From the sequence record NZ_CP040051.1: a DNA stretch of 64,000 nt; one strand, written 5' to 3'. Under the pieces are notes generated by a model. The model searched no databases, was not told the DNA's origin, and worked only from the letters and a program-made list of their open reading frames with translations. The stretch's first letter is position 1. Each line of letters starts with the position of its first letter. The position numbers and the translations under genes are program-made. Source of the stretch: a plasmid. Shown here one piece after another: positions 1 to 9,875 of the stretch.

Positions 1-3000
1 TCTTTCTCGACGCAAACATTGAACAATCAAATCTAAGAGTAATTGAGGGAGATTATTCAAAGATTAAATTGAAGCAATTAAACAATAATGAATTATTTGA
101 TTTTACTATCGCAAATCCACCTTTTGGCAAAATCGATAAAACTTCACTTACTTTGAATCAAGCGGGATCATTAGAACGTTTAAATTTTTCTACTCAAAGG
201 TTAGATCATAAAATTTTATTAGAGACACTTTCTTTGAGAAAAGACAAAGGAAGAAGTGTTTTTATTATTGGTTCAGACAGCTTTTATGAAGCTGGCGTAG
301 TCAAGGGTGGAAGTAAAAATTTATTAAATTATCTCTATGATAATTACAATGTTGAAGCGGCCGTAGAGCTCGACGGGAGTTTATATAAGAAACAAGGGAC
401 TCGCGTCAATGTTCGTGTTCTTGTCATTGGTGATCTTCTGGAAAATAACCGTACTTATGAAGTTCCTCATGAGTTGCCCATCATAAATAATGTTCAAGAT
501 TTATGGAGATGGTCGGAAAATGTCCTACAGAAAAGATTACAACCTGAGTTAAGTTACGATGGGCCCTCCCCTTCTATTAATCAAAGTGAATCAGTTATAT
601 CCGAAGCTAATTTTGACCAGAATTTAGATGTGGTAGACGATGCTGATTTCTTAACAAGTGCATTGGATTCATATTTAAATGATCAAATAGTTCCGGATGA
701 GTCCGGTAATGTTGGGGACTTGAATAAACCTGATGATGACGACTTCTTTGGTAATGAGGAAGAAGATACGGCTGTTAAACCTCTTTCTACTGGAGATGAA
801 CACCAGAACAATGAGATTCTTGATCTAGAAATAGTAGAGGATGAATCTCAAGCTCAGGAAATTATTTTTGAATCTAAATCATTGCAAGTTGCATATGTGC
901 CAGTTTCACAACTAAGCTTGCCAGAAACAATGTTGCCAGCAGATCAAGCAATACTTATTAAACAAGCGCAAGATAATCAGATTAAGAAGATCTTGCTTTT
1001 AGCTGAAGTAAATCATGAATTGCAAAAATCTATCGATTTAGCCAATAACAATCCTTTCGACGGCTTTCTACTTTACAAGCTACAGTATTCAGATCTTTCA
1101 TCTCTTTCTAAAGCTTTCAGTGCTGAACAGGTTGATGCTGTTACTTCCGCAATATTAAGCATTGAAAATGACCGCTCTTATATTCTTGGTGATCAAACAG
1201 GTATTGGTAAAGGTCGCTCTTTAGCTGGCATGTTGCGTTATTCTTTAATCAATGGGTTTAGACCAGTATTTTTCACAAGGAATGCACAATTATTTAATGA
1301 TTTATGGCGGGATATCGTAGATACAGGAACAGATAAATTTATTTCTAATCCTTTTATCTTTAATAGTGATGGATTCATTACGCATAAAGACAAGGTTGTT
1401 TATTCTCCTATGAAAACCAGTGATATCTATAATCTAGATAGAATTGGTAATCAGTTTGATATTATCTTTAGTACATACAGTCAATTTTCTGGTAGAAGCG
1501 GTAAGAAAGAAAATCTTTTTCTATCAAGTATTGATAAGAATACCCTATTATTTTTAGATGAATCGCATGTGGCTGCAAGTGGCGAATCGAATATTAGCCG
1601 GTTCCTTTCAGTCGTTAAAGAGCGTACAGGTCCTACTTATCATTCTTCAGCAACAGATAGAAAGAAAGCAAACAATCTACTTTTCTATTCTGATATTTTC
1701 CCTGCATCTTTTAAAGGGCAATTGAAAAGCTTAATCGAAAATAAACCATCTAATGAATTACTAGAAGCTATTTCTATGGCTTTGGTCAAAGACGGTGTTT
1801 TCTTAAGACGTGAACATGATTTTTCTAAACTTGAATTCCGGACATATCACGCATCGACTCAGTATCAAACTGCTTCACGTGAGTTATCCGATCAATTAGC
1901 TCAGGTACTTTCAAAAATGGCATACCTTTCTGGTGATGTAGAAGAGAAAGTTGCCAAAATGAATAGTGAGATTAAACATAATCTTGAGCACATGAAGGAG
2001 GGAAGTTGGCAAGAGAATCGTATGCAAGTGAATTCGATGAACTTTGCTTCAAGAATGCACAATATAAGCCGCCAAATCCTTCTCTCAGTTACTACCCCTT
2101 TGATTATTGATCAAGCACTTGAGTCTCTCAAAGAAAATCGGAAGCCGGTTATTGGTTTGGAAAATACCGGTGAATCGTTGCTTAAAATGTTGCTTCTAAA
2201 AGATTCAAAAGCATTTGAATTGCTGGACCAGATTAATGAACTCAAGGATTCTTCAGATTATGATCGAGCACTGAGTGACCTAAACTCAGGGAAAATGAAT
2301 CAAATTGAATTTGATCAAGAGCCAATTATTGTAAAACTAAAAAAATTAGAACAGGATCTAGCTCAGTTCAAACAAGAAGATACTATTCTTGCAAAACCAC
2401 CGACGATAGCTGACTTACTTGAGAATATGGTTCATAAGTTAGATATTATTCAAGTTCGTGACCGATATGGCCAAGTACGAAGTGAAACCATTGATGACGA
2501 AATCTATTCTGATTTCAAACAAGACATCTTGGATAATATTCGGAAATTACCAGACATTCCTTTATGTCCTTTAGATCTGATAAAAGCTGAGCTGGAGTCT
2601 CGTGGGTATAAAGTCGGGGAGATTTCTGGTAGAGAGTATCAGCTCAAAAAAATTGATTCTAATCAAGGTTCGGTTTTTAAAGTTGAAGTACGTCAAGAAA
2701 ATAATCCGACAGCAAAGACGAAAGCTTGTAATGAATTTCAGTCTGGCATTCTTGATGCAATGATTATTACGAGAGCTGGTAGTACTGGCCTTTCATTACA
2801 TGCTATTCCCGTTAATGATGGTAGTCCTAGCCAATCAGATCATTTGAGGCAACGTGAGTTCCTTACAGGCCAGTCACCTCAAGCAATTGATGAATTCCTA
2901 CAAATGATTGGACGTGTTGATAGAAAAGGCCAAGTTAGTGCGCCGATTATTTCCCAATTTGATACTGGGCTTCCAATTCAACGCAAATTTCTAATGATGC

Positions 3001-4910
3001 ATAATGCTAAACTTGCCGAATTATCAGCGAATGTCACAAGTAACCGTGAAAATGTTAATAAGCAGGTAACTGACGTCGATTTACTTAATAGTTATGGTGA
3101 TGATGTTGCTCTGGAATATCTAGTCCAGAATCGCTCTGTAGCTCAAATGCTTGTCATAAATTTACCTAAAGAAAATGATAAAAATGGCGCTGAAGGTATG
3201 GTTAAGAAAATCTTTAACCGTCTTAATTTTGTTTCCATTTACCAGCAAGAGAAGATTATCGATGATTTAACTTTTGCTTATAACGAAAAGATTCAGAAAC
3301 TTAATGAAATGGGAATTAATCCATTCGTAGTTCAAGTATGTGATTGGAAAGCTCAAACTATCTCTAAACAAGAGTTACAAAGTGGCTTGGGCATTATGTC
3401 GCATGTTTCTGATAGTGCATTTTTCGAACCGGCTTATTTCCAAAAAGTTAGCTATAAATCTGAAACAAAACCTTTTCATGGCGATGATGTTATCTCTTTA
3501 ATTGATAAGTCGAGACAGCTTACACGCCAGCAATTGTTCAAGCATTTATGTAATTTTGATGATAATTTTGCTTCTACTATGGAAGGAAAGGATCAGGAGC
3601 TATCTTTATCTAGTTTAATTAAGTTCTACAATGATGCTCAAAAACAGATTCTCGAAAGAGAATTAAGAGAGTCAATTAAATACTCAGCTTCGCAATCTTT
3701 TTTCAAATCTAAAATTGATAAATATGAATTTACCGAGATTGAAAACTTTATTCTGAATAAACCCAATCTTGATGAAATCAAAGAATTCTTGAAAATATCT
3801 GCTGAAAATAATAATTTTCTTCATATTTATCAAGGGTTAAATAAAGCTTTAACTGTGGTGGAATTTGTAGAAAAGCTTCAGATCTTAGAAGAACATCAGA
3901 GCTTTAATATAAATTTCGCAATAAGCATGAAGGAATCACTTTGGGATCAGCATTACCATCGTGAAACAAATGAAAATGCTTTGATACGAGTTATGTTCCC
4001 GAAATTAGGCGCTTCTAGTCTTTTAGCGAGTAATTATGAAATTCGTTACGTTTATCCAAGTTCAGATTTTGTACACAGTAGTAAGCTCAAATATTTAATA
4101 GAAGATGCTGCTTTAACTCCTACTCTATTACGGAATGTTGGTACTCATTTATTTATTGATGGAAATAAAAAGGAAGAAGAGTTTTCATTTATGAAAACTT
4201 TAAATGAAATAGAGTACTTAAAAACTAATAGTCCCCTTTTGCTTTCTTTCGATAAGTACGAACCAACCGCTATTGAGCGAACTGCAACCCTTTTAACTGG
4301 CAATATTATCAATGCCCTTAATGCTGCCTCAGTAGCTAAATTATCTTCTCAAATGATTAATTACACCGATGCTAGTGGAAATAGACAACGAGCAGTCATG
4401 CTATATGACGACTGTGAGTTGGAAGAAGTTTTAGACAAAGTTAAAGGTCTTTCAACAATACAAGAGGCGATTACTTATTTTGAACGTGTAAATGATGCTA
4501 TAGAGATGAATGAAAAACCTACTCTTCCGGATTTCTATATTGTTCGTTCAAATTCAAATGGGAACCCAACTATTGAACTCAATCTAAAACCTCTAAATGA
4601 TGAAACATATAACTTTGTTATTACTGGTAGCAGAAAACATTTAAAACAAGTTGCTGAGATGGATTCTATATTTGTACAAGCTGGCTCAGGAAATAGATCA
4701 GATAGTTTGAATTTAGTCCTTAAGGGAGATCTATCACAAGGAGCTCGTTCTAGCCAGACAGTTCAGGTCCCTATTGAAAAAGTAACTAAACTGCTAACCA
4801 ACCTTTCCACTGAATTTTCTACTGTGAAAATTAATAATCTTGATCCAGACGTCTTAGATCAACTTAAACCGAATACGTCGAATAAACTTACTCAGAATCT
4901 CATGTATTAG
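1..4910 (+). CDS. 5'-truncated giant DNA methyltransferase/SNF2-like helicase fusion protein (polyvalent, plasmid-type); the reading frame is open to position 1
   Basis: N6-adenine MTase motif IV 'NPPFGK' lies near the N-terminus. Helicase motif I 'DQTGIGKGRS', motif II 'LFLDESH' (DExH) and motif VI 'QMIGRVDRKGQ' are present. There is no stop codon between position 3 and the first Met at 69, so the gene starts upstream of the window. Confidence 0.6.
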   Translation, partial: FLDANIEQSNLRVIEGDYSKIKLKQLNNNELFDFTIANPPFGKIDKTSLTLNQAGSLERLNFSTQRLDHKILLETLSLRKDKGRSVFIIGSDSFYEAGVVKGGSKNLLNYLYDNYNVEAAVELDGSLYKKQGTRVNVRVLVIGDLLENNRTYEVPHELPIINNVQDLWRWSENVLQKRLQPELSYDGPSPSINQSESVISEANFDQNLDVVDDADFLTSALDSYLNDQIVPDESGNVGDLNKPDDDDFFGNEEEDTAVKPLSTGDEHQNNEILDLEIVEDESQAQEIIFESKSLQVAYVPVSQLSLPETMLPADQAILIKQAQDNQIKKILLLAEVNHELQKSIDLANNNPFDGFLLYKLQYSDLSSLSKAFSAEQVDAVTSAILSIENDRSYILGDQTGIGKGRSLAGMLRYSLINGFRPVFFTRNAQLFNDLWRDIVDTGTDKFISNPFIFNSDGFITHKDKVVYSPMKTSDIYNLDRIGNQFDIIFSTYSQFSGRSGKKENLFLSSIDKNTLLFLDESHVAASGESNISRFLSVVKERTGPTYHSSATDRKKANNLLFYSDIFPASFKGQLKSLIENKPSNELLEAISMALVKDGVFLRREHDFSKLEFRTYHASTQYQTASRELSDQLAQVLSKMAYLSGDVEEKVAKMNSEIKHNLEHMKEGSWQENRMQVNSMNFASRMHNISRQILLSVTTPLIIDQALESLKENRKPVIGLENTGESLLKMLLLKDSKAFELLDQINELKDSSDYDRALSDLNSGKMNQIEFDQEPIIVKLKKLEQDLAQFKQEDTILAKPPTIADLLENMVHKLDIIQVRDRYGQVRSETIDDEIYSDFKQDILDNIRKLPDIPLCPLDLIKAELESRGYKVGEISGREYQLKKIDSNQGSVFKVEVRQENNPTAKTKACNEFQSGILDAMIITRAGSTGLSLHAIPVNDGSPSQSDHLRQREFLTGQSPQAIDEFLQMIGRVDRKGQVSAPIISQFDTGLPIQRKFLMMHNAKLAELSANVTSNRENVNKQVTDVDLLNSYGDDVALEYLVQNRSVAQMLVINLPKENDKNGAEGMVKKIFNRLNFVSIYQQEKIIDDLTFAYNEKIQKLNEMGINPFVVQVCDWKAQTISKQELQSGLGIMSHVSDSAFFEPAYFQKVSYKSETKPFHGDDVISLIDKSRQLTRQQLFKHLCNFDDNFASTMEGKDQELSLSSLIKFYNDAQKQILERELRESIKYSASQSFFKSKIDKYEFTEIENFILNKPNLDEIKEFLKISAENNNFLHIYQGLNKALTVVEFVEKLQILEEHQSFNINFAISMKESLWDQHYHRETNENALIRVMFPKLGASSLLASNYEIRYVYPSSDFVHSSKLKYLIEDAALTPTLLRNVGTHLFIDGNKKEEEFSFMKTLNEIEYLKTNSPLLLSFDKYEPTAIERTATLLTGNIINALNAASVAKLSSQMINYTDASGNRQRAVMLYDDCELEEVLDKVKGLSTIQEAITYFERVNDAIEMNEKPTLPDFYIVRSNSNGNPTIELNLKPLNDETYNFVITGSRKHLKQVAEMDSIFVQAGSGNRSDSLNLVLKGDLSQGARSSQTVQVPIEKVTKLLTNLSTEFSTVKINNLDPDVLDQLKPNTSNKLTQNLMY

Positions 4911-4923
4911 AGAGGAAAATATC

Positions 4924-6975
4924 ATGGACAATAAAGAAGAAATGAAAGCAGCTCCACAAGCTTTAAACGAAATGGACTGGAAAGATGAAATCGTCTTTGA
5001 TGATCTACTATCTAAAGTAGGTCCCATAACACCACCAGACACCACTTTAAAATCGAGTGATTTGGAAGCTTACGGTTATCAAAGCCAAGTGATGCTACCA
5101 GTTAGCGAAGCAAGAGCCAAAGAGCTATATGAAAAAATTGAATTATATCGATTATATGAAGATGGAACAGAAGCGTTAGTAGAAGATCTTGCAGACCTTA
5201 ATAGTCATGCACAGAAAGATGGACTATTTGGTGTTCAGGAAAAAGATTGGAGAAATTATCAATTAAAAATAGAAAAAAACAATGATTCCGAAAATAGTAA
5301 TGATCTTGAAAACTATCAGTATTTTTCGTATCCAGCTTTAGCTCAATCTATAATTAAGCGTGAAGGTGACCAATTTTTTGCAAATTATGAACTATCTCGA
5401 AGCTTGGGTTCTGATGAAGATAAAACGATTTTGAATAAAGAGTTTTACGAAGAACACAAAGCAGACTTAGACATTTTGTTAAACGAATTAACTATATCTG
5501 AGCAATATGAACATCAAGGCTATGCTGTTTTATATGCAACCAAGAGTAATTTATCTGCCCTAAATAGTGATGAAGAAATAGAAGCAGAAGCAAATGAGAT
5601 TAAATTATTTTTAGAAGGAAATAATGATGATCCAAAATATGCTTATGTATACGATACTCTTTATGAATTGAGCGCAGAAAACGTGTTCAATGAATTTAAG
5701 GCACTTGAAACTAGAATTGAAAGAGACATGGATTTAGAAGAAGGCAATTTTGATTTACCATTCCAGCATGCTGTAGAAAAGACTATGGAAACTTTTGATA
5801 ATAACGCCCCTATTTCTAACCTTCCCTTTGATAGTTTAAAAGAGCCCGAAGGATTTATGGAAGATATAGAGCAGTACTCTTATGCAGAGGATCAAAATTT
5901 TAGTTCTTCATTACCTATCAATAACGAAGAAATGATCCAAAAATCTGAAGTAAAGGAAGAAAAAGAAAAAATTGATGTTAACGATGTGGGGGTGCCAGAA
6001 CAACTCATAATCAATGGTAAAGAGTTCAACTTTGAACAATTAGATCCTAATGATATAGAAAAGCATGAGCAATTAAGAGCAGCTTTGTCGCAGTTATTGG
6101 GTAATACCAATGCTTCAACTTTTCAAAGTCCAAGCCAAATAAATCCAGTTACTTCCACTCCTTTGATTCCTCCATCAATGCCAGATTTTAACGAAAATTC
6201 GGCACAGCCTTCTACTGTTAAAAATTATTCGCTTTTTCCTAGTTTTGCGAATCTTAAAAAGGCGACTCCGGATAATGCATTATCGTTATTACAAGCTGAA
6301 CAACTTCTACAAACATCACAAAATATACAAGCTCCAGCTTCAGAAAATTCTGGTGCTCATATGAACACACAAAATGTTCAACATATGCTTTCAAGTCATT
6401 TAGCAAGCTCAAAATATAATGATTTGGTAAATTCACATAAAAATTATTCAGACTCAATAAATGAGTTCTGGAAATTTGACAAATTTGAGGATTTTCGTGG
6501 AACCCTAATTGAACGTGGACAAAAAGAAAATAAGGATTTGAAAACATTGATTAATGAAATGAATACAGATCCTAATTCACCATATCGCAAAGAGTTTCAA
6601 GATCTTATTGTTAATGTTGGTAGTACTGAGAAAGGCAAAGCTTTATTGAGTAAATTGAATAATTCACATCAAGACTTTTTGTCGCGCTCAGATTCAATGT
6701 TTGAAGTTATTCAAAAATCAGAGCTTTCACCTGATGATAAGACAAAATTTGAAAATAAGCTAAGTGAGGTTGTTGAAAACCAAGCTGAATTATCCTCTAC
6801 CCTACCTAATTATATTAATGATGACGGGGTACGTATTAGTCTTGCGGATGAAATGAAGAAGTATGCAGAAAGTCTCAAGAAGGCTCTACAAGTTGTTGTG
6901 GACTTTGTTAAATCTAAAGTGGGTTTATCTGTAGATGGCCCTACAGAACAGTCCTCTAGCTCACCGTCACCTTAA
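4924..6975 (+). CDS. hypothetical acidic 683-aa protein (D/E/N-rich, no TM segment)
   Basis: Long ORF starting 14 bp after the upstream stop, behind an RBS-like 'gagaggaaaa'. Low-complexity acidic composition. No recognisable catalytic motif. Confidence 0.4.
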   Translation: MDNKEEMKAAPQALNEMDWKDEIVFDDLLSKVGPITPPDTTLKSSDLEAYGYQSQVMLPVSEARAKELYEKIELYRLYEDGTEALVEDLADLNSHAQKDGLFGVQEKDWRNYQLKIEKNNDSENSNDLENYQYFSYPALAQSIIKREGDQFFANYELSRSLGSDEDKTILNKEFYEEHKADLDILLNELTISEQYEHQGYAVLYATKSNLSALNSDEEIEAEANEIKLFLEGNNDDPKYAYVYDTLYELSAENVFNEFKALETRIERDMDLEEGNFDLPFQHAVEKTMETFDNNAPISNLPFDSLKEPEGFMEDIEQYSYAEDQNFSSSLPINNEEMIQKSEVKEEKEKIDVNDVGVPEQLIINGKEFNFEQLDPNDIEKHEQLRAALSQLLGNTNASTFQSPSQINPVTSTPLIPPSMPDFNENSAQPSTVKNYSLFPSFANLKKATPDNALSLLQAEQLLQTSQNIQAPASENSGAHMNTQNVQHMLSSHLASSKYNDLVNSHKNYSDSINEFWKFDKFEDFRGTLIERGQKENKDLKTLINEMNTDPNSPYRKEFQDLIVNVGSTEKGKALLSKLNNSHQDFLSRSDSMFEVIQKSELSPDDKTKFENKLSEVVENQAELSSTLPNYINDDGVRISLADEMKKYAESLKKALQVVVDFVKSKVGLSVDGPTEQSSSSPSP

Positions 6976-6999
6976 CAATGTATTGATATAGAGGTTTTT

Positions 7000-7395
7000 A
7001 TGAACATGAGCACTTTCCCCCACCCTAACATATATGAAGATGGTTGTTTTGCTGGGGCAGCAGAAATGAACTGGCTAAAACCAATTTTTGAAAAACAGAT
7101 ATATGTTAAATTTAAAAAAAATTCCTTTTCTCCTTTTTTTCTTGATAAGGTTAAAAGTGATTATTACTGTGAAGCAGACATTTCCGAAATTGAGAAAGAT
7201 GAAGTTTATATTGTCTATATAAATTATGGAGAAACAAAGCTTTATGAGAAGGAGAATCAATATAGCCTTATATTAAAAGTAAAAATTATTAATGGAGAGT
7301 ATAGGGAATATGTAGAAGGTTGCTCACTCAGGGGTGAACAGATGCCGCTTGAATCTATAAATTATAGCTTGAGGGCAATTTTCGACTTTAATTGA
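7000..7395 (+). CDS. hypothetical protein
   Basis: ORF in a same-strand operon context; no motif recognised. Confidence 0.3.
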   Translation: MNMSTFPHPNIYEDGCFAGAAEMNWLKPIFEKQIYVKFKKNSFSPFFLDKVKSDYYCEADISEIEKDEVYIVYINYGETKLYEKENQYSLILKVKIINGEYREYVEGCSLRGEQMPLESINYSLRAIFDFN

Positions 7396-8042
7396 ATATA
7401 GTCGAAAAACCCTCTAAAATTAAGCCTACTGATAATGCAAATACCCCTGCGGGGATTTGGGATAATAAAATGGAAAGTTTAGTTGAAAGAAGTGCCAAAC
7501 AAGATTTGGATACTTTCTTACGTTTTATATGCACATATGCCTTAAATGATACATATGTGTCTAAAGATCTTATAACGGAAAGTCTTAAAGACTTACCGCA
7601 ATCCGTTGTGACGTTTGTATACTTACTTGAGTTTTCTCCAAACGATCAGATCAGTTCTATCACTTCTATCTCAGATAGTGTTTTAAAAACATTGTCAGAG
7701 CTTATTCATAATTTTAGAAATGAAAGAATTAATTCAAACGGTTACTCAATAATTTTTGATTTTTTTTCCGCAAATCCTTTCAGTTATTTCATTTATTTTT
7801 TACGTAATGTGATTACAGCAAATATTGATGAGTTACCACTTGTTGTTAATTTGAATATCACAGATTTCTTTCAGTTTTTACTAGATCGTAAAAGTTCAGT
7901 ATTTCACTCAAGAATTTTTTATTTTATACGGGCTTGGCAAACTGTTTCTGTATATAACGAAGCAAATATCAGAGAGCTAAAAGAAACAATGCTGTATGCC
8001 AGTCAAAATAAAGTCTTTCCAAACATTTCAGTTTCATCTTGA
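7392..8042 (+). CDS. hypothetical protein
   Basis: ORF overlapping the upstream stop by 4 bp, which suggests translational coupling; no motif recognised. Confidence 0.35.
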   Translation: MNIVEKPSKIKPTDNANTPAGIWDNKMESLVERSAKQDLDTFLRFICTYALNDTYVSKDLITESLKDLPQSVVTFVYLLEFSPNDQISSITSISDSVLKTLSELIHNFRNERINSNGYSIIFDFFSANPFSYFIYFLRNVITANIDELPLVVNLNITDFFQFLLDRKSSVFHSRIFYFIRAWQTVSVYNEANIRELKETMLYASQNKVFPNISVSS

Positions 8043-9106
8043 TCAGGTGGTGGTGGGTTATGCATAAACGTACATCAGCTTTAAATAAAAATCCGCAGAA
8101 ATTAAACTCTGTAGAAAAGAAACATTCGTTTAAACCAAAATTAGGTTTTACAACGGGTATTGTTCTTGGTGTGTCCTCAGCAATTGCATTGTCGACCACT
8201 GCAAGTGTCGGTGATGGTTTATCAACTATTCAATCCTCATTGAACCAAACTTCTAATACCTCAACAAACATTACGAATAGTTATACGAATACAACAACTT
8301 CTACTATTCCGACCTTATCAGCTTCTCCATTTGCTGCTAGTAGTAATGCTACTGCTGCCCAATCTGCAATTGAAGCTTCTAGCGTGGGTTGTGGTGATGC
8401 TTCACAACAAGGTTCAATTGCTTGGACTCAACAAGAAGTAATTAAGAATCGTCAGATTTTAAATACGGCACCAGTTGACATCGATGCATTGTTCAACGGA
8501 TCTAAGGGTTCTTCTTCTGGTAGCTGTTTTTCAGATATCACGAAGATTATTGACTTGAGTGTAGCAATTCCCGATTGGGGTGGTATGCGAGCTGCTGCTA
8601 TTGCTGCTTTACGTCAATATGCACAACGTAAAGTATGTACTATGGTTAATGAAGCAACCAAAAAAGCGTTGGAGCCACTCAATAATGCTATTGATATTAT
8701 TAATAAAAATGGAACCATTGATTTGAATGGAGCTGTACAAGGGGCTATAACTGGTGGTTTGGGTAAGTTAGATCCAGATTTAGCAAATATATATCAAACA
8801 CAAGCACCTCAAGGCGAAACTGTTAACATTTTTGATTCTAATCAGACTACTTTTAATACTGATGTTGCTAAAGTTCAAGATCAAGTTAATGGTGCTATTA
8901 ATCAAATTGGCACAATCGGAACGAATACCGGTAGTACTGGTTCAACGAATCCTACTGGAACTTCGGGTACTACATGGTCTAATAATACATCTACGCAATC
9001 TATACCAAATTTGAGCGCTAACACTTCTAATCAAACACAACAGAAGGCTCAACCACAAGAAGCTTCTCGTTCTTCAATTTTTGATGCGCTTTTTGGCGGT
9101 AGTTGA
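8039..9106 (+). CDS. membrane-anchored or secreted S/T/N-rich protein
   Basis: N-terminal hydrophobic segment 'LGFTTGIVLGVSSAIALSTTASVG' followed by long Ser/Thr/Asn low-complexity tracts. Overlaps its neighbours by 4 bp at one end and 26 bp at the other. Confidence 0.4.
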   Translation: MIRWWWVMHKRTSALNKNPQKLNSVEKKHSFKPKLGFTTGIVLGVSSAIALSTTASVGDGLSTIQSSLNQTSNTSTNITNSYTNTTTSTIPTLSASPFAASSNATAAQSAIEASSVGCGDASQQGSIAWTQQEVIKNRQILNTAPVDIDALFNGSKGSSSGSCFSDITKIIDLSVAIPDWGGMRAAAIAALRQYAQRKVCTMVNEATKKALEPLNNAIDIINKNGTIDLNGAVQGAITGGLGKLDPDLANIYQTQAPQGETVNIFDSNQTTFNTDVAKVQDQVNGAINQIGTIGTNTGSTGSTNPTGTSGTTWSNNTSTQSIPNLSANTSNQTQQKAQPQEASRSSIFDALFGGS

Positions 9107-9875
9107 GGTGGCAATGAGTAAGCTTGTTAAAGTTGCCTTGAGTACTGCGATAACAATGAGTTTAATTGGTTCTAGTTATGCTCAGATTGCTCATACAACG
9201 TACAACCAAAATACGAGAGATTTAACATCTGCCATAGGTGTTTTGACTAAGCAAGAAGGTCTGAGCGCCCAGCAACAGGCAGAATCCGCAATGATCTCTT
9301 CTAAAGCACTAGCTACTGCAATTGGTGCGATAAATATGTCTGATCGTGTATTACGCTTTATTGTTGACGATGCTGGGAGACTCGGTAGTACGCAAACCAC
9401 TACTTGTACTGTTTTTGCTGAACAGCAAGCGGAAAAAATAAAGATTCTTCAGTCATCTATTAATGCGGCCAATATGGTTAGTAATTATATGAAAGTTATG
9501 ATGTCTAATTCAGTTGAGTCTGAAAAGGACAAAATACTTCGTCATGAAAATTACTGTTCTATTGCCGAAGCAGCAATGGGTACATGCACACTTCTACCAA
9601 ATGGTTTACAAGCGGCTGACTCAAATTATGCATTAGTTTTCTCAAAATCTAAGCTACAAGATGACACTTTTAATGCGGCTACAGATTATATAGCGAATAT
9701 TACTGATTCGCGTTTTTCTGCTCAAGATATCTGTTCAAACACTCAGTGTATGACTAAACAAATCGATTTTTTAAACAAGACTTCAGGTAATAGTCTTGCA
9801 GCGTTTGTATTGAGTAATCAAGTTAGTGATCGACTTTCTTATTCATTGAATGCTAATTCATCTGGAGCTAACTAA
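9081..9875 (+). CDS. secreted Cys-containing protein, paralog 1 of 3
   Basis: Signal-peptide-like N-terminus ending 'SYAQ'. Conserved Cys pattern ('TTTCTVF' ... 'ENYCSIAEAAMGTCTL') shared with the next two ORFs. Confidence 0.5.
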   Translation: MMRFLAVVEVAMSKLVKVALSTAITMSLIGSSYAQIAHTTYNQNTRDLTSAIGVLTKQEGLSAQQQAESAMISSKALATAIGAINMSDRVLRFIVDDAGRLGSTQTTTCTVFAEQQAEKIKILQSSINAANMVSNYMKVMMSNSVESEKDKILRHENYCSIAEAAMGTCTLLPNGLQAADSNYALVFSKSKLQDDTFNAATDYIANITDSRFSAQDICSNTQCMTKQIDFLNKTSGNSLAAFVLSNQVSDRLSYSLNANSSGAN

